Positions 1 to 5,785 of a stretch of 24,000 nt of DNA are shown one piece after another. A program made the position numbers and the translations under genes. Location: positions 1,334,897 to 1,358,896 of the forward strand of contig NZ_JAKGAQ010000001.1 of assembly GCF_021532615.1 (NCBI RefSeq). The letters are read 5' to 3'. The stretch is from Octadecabacter dasysiphoniae (GTDB lineage Bacteria > Pseudomonadota > Alphaproteobacteria > Rhodobacterales > Rhodobacteraceae). The notes under the pieces are model-generated. The model was not told the origin of the DNA. It made no database searches and saw only the letters and a program-made list of their open reading frames with translations. How positions within the stretch are numbered: the first letter of the stretch is position 1; the number at the start of each line of letters is the position of its first letter.

Positions 1-499
1 TCTGGTTGATCTGATCCGTTAGCACGGCAAGCAAAGACACGCCCTCGGCCGCGCGCATTTCAATCATGGCAGCCAATGCGCTGTCAAAATCGGCCATCAG
101 CTGTTCTGACAAATCAGCGGCCTGACCCTGCCCCATCACCAACACACCACGCTGCGCCAAAACATCCGCCGCGGTGGGTTGGCCCAACGTCACACCTTTA
201 TCGAAGGCGCGTTCTTGCACACGATCGAGAGCCTCAAGGATCACATCCATACGGGCCGGATCAATTTGCAAGGTGCCATCGGCCTGATCGCGATTAAGAC
301 GCAAACCGATGGTGATTGTTCCGCGCGTTGCGACCTTGCCGGTGCTGGCGCGCACCGCAGCCTCAAGCGCGGCTACGGAATCAGGCAGGCGCACTTTAAC
401 ATCAAGGCCGCGCCCGTTGACCGACCGCACCTCCCATGTCCAAGACGCGGTATCGGCGTTTCCTTGCTGAGTGGCAAAGGCAGTCATGGATCGGATCAA
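1..499 (-). CDS. YicC/YloC family protein, N-terminal ~166 codons (gene runs off the window start)
   Basis: Absent from the ORF track because it is open at the window edge. Reverse-strand translation from 499 gives (TTG)IRSMTAFATQQGNADTASWTWEVRSVNGRGLDVKVRLPDSVAALEAAVR... This matches the YicC N-terminal hallmark (E. coli YicC begins MIRSMTAY; W-x-W-E-x-RSVN-x-R motif). The TTG start at 499-497 is preceded by GGAGG (510-506) with a 6-nt spacer. The in-frame ATG at 487 is the alternative start. No stop occurs down to position 1. Confidence 0.8.
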   Translation of the reverse strand, partial: MIRSMTAFATQQGNADTASWTWEVRSVNGRGLDVKVRLPDSVAALEAAVRASTGKVATRGTITIGLRLNRDQADGTLQIDPARMDVILEALDRVQERAFDKGVTLGQPTAADVLAQRGVLVMGQGQAADLSEQLMADFDSALAAMIEMRAAEGVSLLAVLTDQINQ

Positions 500-608
500 A
501 GCAGGCCTCCATTGATCGGTGTGTCGGCTATCCCCTTGCACCTAAAGCCAAAGCCCCACGAGGGGCAAGGGTGGCGCCTGACCCGACCATGCAGAATTAA
601 CTAAAAAA

Positions 609-624
609 CCGTTAAGCCGTTAAC
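609..624. repeat. Tandem direct repeat CCGTTAAG/CCGTTAAC in the yicC / PAS-gene divergent intergenic region
   Basis: Read directly: aaCCGTTAAGCCGTTAACct. It sits in a TTAAC/TTAAG-rich stretch (597-630) about 105 nt upstream of the ATG at 730. It may be an operator or promoter element, but no factor can be assigned. Confidence 0.3.
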
Positions 625-729
625 CTATTAGGACTTTGTTCAGAGTATTTGTGGCGCGATTATGGCAAAAGGTTGTTGCGGGCCAATCCAGCGGCCCAAC
701 ACATAAACAACCGATTAAGGATACATCGC

Positions 730-1419
730 ATGAGCTTTACATTTGATCCCTACAAGTTGCGCGCCGGTGATGTAACCGAAGCACAGGACGTTCTGATGAC
801 AAACCCGACTGCGCTGAATGAAATGGAGCGGTATTGGGCATCCCTGCCCCGAACACGTGGTGTTCCGCTGCGCAAAGACGTTGATCCGGCCCAGATGGGC
901 GGGCTTCTTGAAGACAGTTTCATCCTTGAACGGGTTGCCCCCGGTGTTGCGCGCATTCGCGTCGCGGGCCGCAATATCGCTAAACTGATCGGGATTGAAC
1001 CGCGTGGTTTGCCGCTGACGGCGGCATTCCTGCCCGAGGCCCGCGCAGAAGTCGGTCAATATCTGGAAAAGGCGTTTACGTCGCCCGGTCTTGTCGAACT
1101 TGCGCTCTCCTCGCCTCGTGCGGTTGGCCAGCCAAAGCTGCATGGCAAAATCCTGATGTTGCCACTGCGCGATGATCATGGTCGGGTGAGCCGTATCATG
1201 GGGGTTCTTGTGATGTCAGGACGCCGCGGAATGGGCGGACGCCGCTTTGCGCTGTCCAAAGAAATCCCTGCGCGGTTTGAACCGACGGTTGGCCTTCAGG
1301 TCGTGCCAAACATTCCTACGGCCACGACACGGCCAAGCCTGCGCAGCGTTGCCACTGGCCCAGACAGCAAAAAGGCGGGGGACATGCCTGCCCTCCGCCT
1401 CGTTGTTTCTAATTCGTAA
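730..1419 (+). CDS. PAS_5-type (PF07310-like) PAS domain protein of unknown function
   Basis: The ORF-track entry 649-1419 begins at a TTG. The in-frame ATG at 730 has AAGGA 7 nt upstream and gives MSFTFDPYKLRAGDV... The length (~229 aa) and motifs (W..L....G.P.R.D.DP..M..LL...F..ERV....ARIRVAG) resemble the small single-domain PAS proteins common in alphaproteobacteria. The family assignment is from memory, not a search. Confidence 0.65.
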   Translation: MSFTFDPYKLRAGDVTEAQDVLMTNPTALNEMERYWASLPRTRGVPLRKDVDPAQMGGLLEDSFILERVAPGVARIRVAGRNIAKLIGIEPRGLPLTAAFLPEARAEVGQYLEKAFTSPGLVELALSSPRAVGQPKLHGKILMLPLRDDHGRVSRIMGVLVMSGRRGMGGRRFALSKEIPARFEPTVGLQVVPNIPTATTRPSLRSVATGPDSKKAGDMPALRLVVSNS

Positions 1420-1425
1420 AGTGTA

Positions 1426-1447
1426 TCAGGCGGTTTTCGCCGCCTGA
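1426..1447. terminator. Stem-loop at the convergent PAS-gene / DAHP synthase junction (possible bidirectional terminator)
   Basis: TCAGGCGG-ttttcg-CCGCCTGA forms an 8-bp perfect stem that includes the aro gene stop codon (1426-1428) and its last codons. It starts 7 nt after the plus-strand TAA at 1417-1419. The flanking U-tracts are weak (ACCTTTG on plus). Confidence 0.3.
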
Positions 1448-2796
1448 ACCTTTGCGCGACGCGCTGACAATTCTTCAGCGACCAAGAATGCAAGCTCCAA
1501 GGACTGGGATGCATTCAGACGCGGATCGCACGCTGTGTGATACCGCGACCCGAGGTCTTCGTCCGTCACCGCACGCACACCACCGGTACATTCGGTTACA
1601 TCCGCGCCCGTCATTTCAAAGTGGACACCACCGGGCACGGTCCCTTCGGCGTTGTGCACGCCAAAGAATTCACGCACCTCGCGCAGCACACTTTCGAACG
1701 GACGGGTTTTATAACCCGAGGATGATTTGATCGTGTTGCCGTGCATCGGATCACAGGTCCAAACGACGTTCGCACCCTCTTCCTCAACCGCTTTGATCAG
1801 ACGCGGCAGGTGTTCACCGACCGTGCCCGCACCAAAGCGCGCGATCAACGTCAAACGGCCCGCTTCGTTTTCAGGGTTCAGCTTGTGCATCAGCGCCTTG
1901 AGGTGACCTGTCGTCATCGTCGGGCCGCACTTCAACCCGATCGGGTTTTGCACACCGGAACAGAATTCAACATGCGCGCCGTCTGGCTGACGTGTGCGAT
2001 CGCCAATCCAGATCATATGACCGGACCCAGCAAGCCATTTGCCGGACGTAGAATCGATCCGCGTCAGGGCCTCTTCGTATTCAAGCAACAGCGCTTCGTG
2101 GGATGTGTAGAAATCCACCGTCTGAAGTTCGTGGTTGTTATCCGACGTCATCCCAGCCGCTTGCATGAAATCAAGCGTGTCGGAAATCCGTTCGGCCATC
2201 TCGCGATATTTCGCGGCTTCGGGCGCGCCGGTGAATCCCAGCGTCCAGCCGTGCACCTGATGTACATCTGCATAACCACCTGTCGAAAAGGCGCGCAGCA
2301 GGTTCAGCGTGCCAGCGGCCTGTGTGTATGCCTGTAACATCTTTTCGGGGTTCGGAATGCGTGATTCCGGCGTGAATTCCAGATCGTTGATGATGTCACC
2401 GCGGTAGCTCGGCAGTTCTACACCATCGACAACTTCTGTCGGCGCAGAGCGCGGCTTGGCGAATTGCCCCGCCATGCGGCCAACCTTAACGACAGGCACT
2501 TTGGCGCCGTATGTCAGCACCATTGCCATCTGCAACATCACTTTGAACGTGTCGCGGATCGGGTCAGCCTGAAACGCAGCAAAGCTTTCGGCGCAATCGC
2601 CGCCCTGCAACAAGAACGCATCGCCGCGCGACACATCTGCCAGTTCAGCGCGCAAACGCCGTGCTTCGCCTGCAAAAACCAGTGGTGGATAGGACCCCAG
2701 CTTTTCCTCAACTGCGGCCAGTGCCGCTGCGTCGGTATAGTCAGGCATCTGAACCCGCGGCTTGTTGCGCCAGTCAGATTTGTTCCAGTCCGTCAT
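1426..2796 (-). CDS. 3-deoxy-7-phosphoheptulonate (DAHP) synthase, class II
   Basis: 456 aa. The N-terminus [22 protein letters not shown], the GGDCAESF and KPRSAPTE motifs and the length are typical of class II (plant/actinobacterial-type) DAHP synthases. The ATG at 2796 has GGAG about 9 nt upstream. Confidence 0.92.
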   Translation of the reverse strand: MTDWNKSDWRNKPRVQMPDYTDAAALAAVEEKLGSYPPLVFAGEARRLRAELADVSRGDAFLLQGGDCAESFAAFQADPIRDTFKVMLQMAMVLTYGAKVPVVKVGRMAGQFAKPRSAPTEVVDGVELPSYRGDIINDLEFTPESRIPNPEKMLQAYTQAAGTLNLLRAFSTGGYADVHQVHGWTLGFTGAPEAAKYREMAERISDTLDFMQAAGMTSDNNHELQTVDFYTSHEALLLEYEEALTRIDSTSGKWLAGSGHMIWIGDRTRQPDGAHVEFCSGVQNPIGLKCGPTMTTGHLKALMHKLNPENEAGRLTLIARFGAGTVGEHLPRLIKAVEEEGANVVWTCDPMHGNTIKSSSGYKTRPFESVLREVREFFGVHNAEGTVPGGVHFEMTGADVTECTGGVRAVTDEDLGSRYHTACDPRLNASQSLELAFLVAEELSARRAKVQAAKTA

Positions 2797-2929
2797 GTTC
2801 TTGCTCCAGGTAAAACAGCCCGCACACCAGATCGGTTAGCGGTACCAGCCCTGCTTATAGACAACCTGTGGATAAGGTCCAACGCCAAAACTGCTTCTTT
2901 ATGTCGCTTTTGTGTTTCAAATCACTTGA

Positions 2930-2968
2930 TATGGCACTGGAAAGGTGGTCAGGATTTCCAGTGGTATA
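2930..2968. promoter_or_regulatory. Dyad symmetry element TATGGCACTGGAAA-N11-TTTCCAGTGGTATA upstream of the GlxA-type regulator gene
   Basis: The core 9-bp arms are perfect (CACTGGAAA 2935-2943 / TTTCCAGTG 2955-2963). Extended to 14 nt, the arms match at 12/14. The element ends 16 nt before the ATG at 2985, in the 188-nt divergent region shared with the DAHP synthase gene. Confidence 0.45.
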
Positions 2969-2984
2969 AGAATATGGACCCCCA

Positions 2985-3986
2985 ATGCAGCGTCACAATA
3001 TCATCGACGTAGAAGCAACGCGCGATACACCTTCACGGTTCGTGTTTGTCTTGCTCGACCAATTTACGCTTTTGTCGTTTGCGGCGGCGGTTGACTGCCT
3101 GCGCATCGCCAATTTGATGGCGGGTCAGGAATTGTACAAATGGTCGCTGGTTGGCGAAGGTGGTGATACTGTCACTTGTTCAACCGGGACCACGTTTAAC
3201 CTCGATGGTGATTTGGAAGAACTGCACCGCGACGACACGGTGATTTTGTGTGGCGGGCGTGATGTTCAATCCGCAACGACCAAGAAAATACTCAACTGGT
3301 TGCGCCGTGAATCCCGCCGTGGCTTGACGATGGGCGGGCTGTGTACGGCTGCGTTTTCGCTTGCCAAGGCCGGGCTTCTGGATGGCAAACGCGCGACGAT
3401 CCATTGGGAAAACCACGACAGCTTTGCAGAGGAGTTTCTTGAGGTAGAGCTGACAAAATCGGTCTTTGTCAAAGACGGCAATCGCTGGACCACAGCCGGT
3501 GGTACGTCCTCCATCGATTTGTTCTTGCAGATTATCGCCGATCAATACGGCGAAGAACTGGCCAATGCCGTTGCAGACCAGCAGATTTATTCAGCTATTC
3601 GCACCGATCAAGACACGCAGCGTTTGTCGATCCCGACCCGCATCGGTGTGCGGCATCCGAAATTGTCCCGCGTTATCCAGGCGATGGAACAGAATATTGA
3701 AGAACCCATTAGTCCGTCGATTTTGGCCAAAGATGTCGGAATGTCTACCCGCCAGCTGGAACGCCTGTTTCGTCGTTATCTGAACCGCTCGCCCAAGCGC
3801 TATTATATGGAACTGCGCCTGCAAAAGGCGCGCAACCTGTTGATGCAAACGGATATGAGCGTCATCAACGTGGCGCTGGCCTGTGGTTTCGCATCACCGA
3901 GCCATTTTTCAAAATGTTACCGCGCCCATTACGACACCACGCCCTACCGCGAACGGGGGGCACATGCCGCGCGGCTTTCAGTCTAG
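2985..3986 (+). CDS. GlxA family transcriptional regulator (DJ-1/PfpI-like N-domain + AraC-type HTH)
   Basis: 333 aa. FVFVLLDQFTLLSFAAAVDCLRIAN and ILCGG are typical of the GATase1-like GlxA N-domain. The C-terminal MSTRQLERLFRRYL...GFASPSHFSKCYRAHY is an AraC HTH. Confidence 0.88.
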   Translation: MQRHNIIDVEATRDTPSRFVFVLLDQFTLLSFAAAVDCLRIANLMAGQELYKWSLVGEGGDTVTCSTGTTFNLDGDLEELHRDDTVILCGGRDVQSATTKKILNWLRRESRRGLTMGGLCTAAFSLAKAGLLDGKRATIHWENHDSFAEEFLEVELTKSVFVKDGNRWTTAGGTSSIDLFLQIIADQYGEELANAVADQQIYSAIRTDQDTQRLSIPTRIGVRHPKLSRVIQAMEQNIEEPISPSILAKDVGMSTRQLERLFRRYLNRSPKRYYMELRLQKARNLLMQTDMSVINVALACGFASPSHFSKCYRAHYDTTPYRERGAHAARLSV

Positions 3987-4023
3987 GTCAATTCGTTAAC
4001 TTGTTTTTTGTAAAGAGGTCGCC

Positions 4024-4452
4024 ATGTTAAGCCGTTCCACTATGTTGCCCGTTGCATTGGCCGTCGTCATTGGTTTTCTAACGCTGATGGCGATTTCATC
4101 CGGCAGATCGGACGCGCCGGGTGTGGTTGGCGACTCTGATTATCCGCACTACATCTGTACATTCAACGAATATTGCGAAGGCGATACTTGTACATCTGAT
4201 CCATCCTCGTTTGTTCTCTATACCGAACATGTCGACCTTAAGCCGCGGCTGGAACTGGCGCGGGTCAATCCGGATGTCTCTGTTACAAAAACGGCGACCG
4301 AACATGTATACGAAACACGCGGCGGTGTCGTGAGCGGCACTTTGACTTTCTTTTCTGATCGCACGTTATATTGGGAAGCCGCATCCGGCCCCGCAAGCAC
4401 GCCGATCGAACATTATGCGACCGGGCGATGTGAACGGCTTAGATCACCATGA
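4024..4452 (+). CDS. Small exported/membrane-anchored 4-Cys protein, unknown function
   Basis: 142 aa. AAGAGG lies 6-7 nt upstream of the ATG. The hydrophobic N-terminus is MLSRSTMLPVALAVVIGFLTLMAISSG. Cysteines follow the pattern C-x5-C-x4-C ... GRCERL. The stop overlaps the next gene's start (ATGA at 4449-4452). I recognise no family. Confidence 0.6.
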   Translation: MLSRSTMLPVALAVVIGFLTLMAISSGRSDAPGVVGDSDYPHYICTFNEYCEGDTCTSDPSSFVLYTEHVDLKPRLELARVNPDVSVTKTATEHVYETRGGVVSGTLTFFSDRTLYWEAASGPASTPIEHYATGRCERLRSP

Positions 4453-4820
4453 AGATCGTAGCGGGCCTGATATGTCTGACCGCAACACCTGCCTTGGCAA
4501 ACTTTGACTGTGTCCTGCGCGACCTTGGCTGCGTTTCACAGTGCAAGGAGATTTCCGTAAAATTTGCAATCGACACCGCGCAATTCGTCGCCCCGCAAAA
4601 CCCGAACGACCCGCCAAGACGGCAAATCACCACCGTGACGCAAGATCGTGATGTTTTCAGCGCAGAGGCGATCTTGATGCCCGGCGGTGTGCGCGGTTTT
4701 CATGAAGACGCAGGCGAAATCGGCAGCCGCCTGATGATTGTGCAACCCGACGGCACTGCCCGCCTCACGCTTCAACCTGCCAACCTCACATTGGCAGGGC
4801 AATGTGAGGTTCTACCCTAA
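4449..4820 (+). CDS. Small secreted 4-Cys protein, unknown function (distant paralog of the upstream ORF)
   Basis: 123 aa. It has a classical Sec signal, MKIVAGLICLTATPALA|NF. Cysteines follow the pattern C-x6-C-x3-C ... GQCEVL. It is translationally coupled to the previous ORF. I recognise no family. Confidence 0.6.
   Translation: MKIVAGLICLTATPALANFDCVLRDLGCVSQCKEISVKFAIDTAQFVAPQNPNDPPRRQITTVTQDRDVFSAEAILMPGGVRGFHEDAGEIGSRLMIVQPDGTARLTLQPANLTLAGQCEVLP
4782..4811. repeat. 12-bp perfect inverted repeat with 6-nt loop (AACCTCACATTG-gcaggg-CAATGTGAGGTT)
   Basis: Read directly. It lies inside the last 13 codons of the 4449-4820 CDS (NLTLAGQCEVLP). It directly abuts the stop codon (4812-4814) of the convergent oxidoreductase gene. 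Confidence 0.7.
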
Positions 4821-5684
4821 CGCGCGCAGTCTTTTTATCAGGCTTGATGTGTCCCACCGTGCGCCGCCCATGTTTTGAACGTCTTTGTAAAATTGATCGA
4901 CAATCGCGGTAACAGGCAACGATGCGCCTGTTTCATCAGCAGTATCAAGGCAAATGCCAAGGTCCTTGCGCATCCAATCCACCGCAAAGCCGTGATCGAA
5001 TTCGCCATCAATCATGGTCTCATAACGGTTCTGCATCTGCCATGATCCCGCCGCACCTTGTGAAATAACCTCAACCACGGCGCGGCCATCTAGGCCGGCT
5101 TTCTCGGCGAAATGCAACGCCTCTGACAGGCCTTGAACCAAACCCGCGATGGCGATCTGGTTGCACATCTTGGTCATCTGGCCTGCGCCACTGTCCCCGA
5201 TACGGCGGCAAACGCGCGCATAGGCATCAATGACCGGTTCGGCCTTTGCATAGACATCCGCGTCGCCACCGCACATGACAGACAACACACCATTCTCTGC
5301 GCCCGCTTGGCCGCCAGAAATTGGCGCATCAACGAATGCAACGCCCGTTTGCGCCGCCATGGCGTAAAGTTCGCGGGTGACCTTGGCCGAAACCGTCGTG
5401 TGATCTACGAACACAGCGCCCGATTCCATGGTTGCAAACGCGCCGTCAGCGCCAACGCACACACCGCGCAAATCATCGTCATTGCCCACGCAAGCCATTA
5501 CGAAATCTGCGCCATCCGCCGCCTTCGCAGGTGTCGTAGCCATGGCCCCGCCGTGTTCACCAACCCAGGCTTCGGCCTTGGCCACCGTGCGGTTATAAAC
5601 AGTCACATCGTGACCCGCCTTTACCAGATGCCCGGCCATTGGATATCCCATGACCCCTAATCCTAAAAATGCGACCTTTGCCAT
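4812..5684 (-). CDS. NAD(P)-dependent beta-hydroxyacid dehydrogenase family oxidoreductase (3-hydroxyisobutyrate dehydrogenase-like)
   Basis: The Rossmann motif MAKVAFLGLGVMGYPMAGHL sits at the N-terminus if the ATG at 5684 is used (AAGAGGA upstream). The ORF-track start at 5759 adds 25 non-homologous-looking residues. The central DAPISGG and the C-terminal domain are typical of the family. Confidence 0.85.
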   Translation of the reverse strand: MAKVAFLGLGVMGYPMAGHLVKAGHDVTVYNRTVAKAEAWVGEHGGAMATTPAKAADGADFVMACVGNDDDLRGVCVGADGAFATMESGAVFVDHTTVSAKVTRELYAMAAQTGVAFVDAPISGGQAGAENGVLSVMCGGDADVYAKAEPVIDAYARVCRRIGDSGAGQMTKMCNQIAIAGLVQGLSEALHFAEKAGLDGRAVVEVISQGAAGSWQMQNRYETMIDGEFDHGFAVDWMRKDLGICLDTADETGASLPVTAIVDQFYKDVQNMGGARWDTSSLIKRLRALG

Positions 5685-5785
5685 GGTGTGTCCTCTTGCT
5701 TGCATCATCAATTGTGTTGCGAGATAGGTAACGGGTCCGCGCGCCGCGTCAACTGGCATCGGGCACGCTCGTTTAAGGAACCTTT

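Noticed and set aside
533-571. Interrupted hairpin CCCTT...GCCCC-acga-GGGGC-AAGGG between yicC and the PAS gene
   Set aside because: It needs a 15-nt asymmetric bulge. It also lies only ~30 nt upstream of the yicC start, in a region unlikely to be transcribed as a leader for either gene. Support is too weak.
179-604. 141-aa plus-strand ORF in the supplied track
   Set aside because: It lies antisense to a clear YicC-family reading frame (1-499, minus). Its translation is low-complexity and Arg/Gly/His-rich with no recognisable motifs. This is a typical shadow ORF in GC-rich DNA.
597-630. Possible CtrA box (TTAA-N7-TTAAC)
   Set aside because: The spacings between TTAA units are 11, 4 and 3 nt, never 7. 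The half-site TTAACCTA matches TTAACCAT at only 6/8. It is kept as a generic repeat, not as a CtrA site.
649-729. TTG-initiated N-terminal extensions in the ORF track (649 for the PAS gene, 16700 for ntrY, 19284 for ntrB, 21895 for cinA), plus the upstream ATG at 5759 for the oxidoreductase
   Set aside because: The track reports the longest ORF and allows TTG starts. The extensions overlap upstream genes or add residues ahead of domains that normally sit at the N-terminus. Downstream ATG/GTG codons with better context were chosen. The ntrY and cinA starts remain uncertain.
5754-5768. Sigma-54-like TGGCAT-N5-ACGC upstream of the acylase gene, and TGGCAC at 2932-2937
   Set aside because: The first would place the transcription start at or inside the SD, only about 6 nt before the ATG, and its -12 element is poor. 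The second lacks any GC at the -12 position (TGGCAC-tggaa-AGGT) and is part of the dyad at 2930-2968. Both EBPs in the window also lack GAFTGA.
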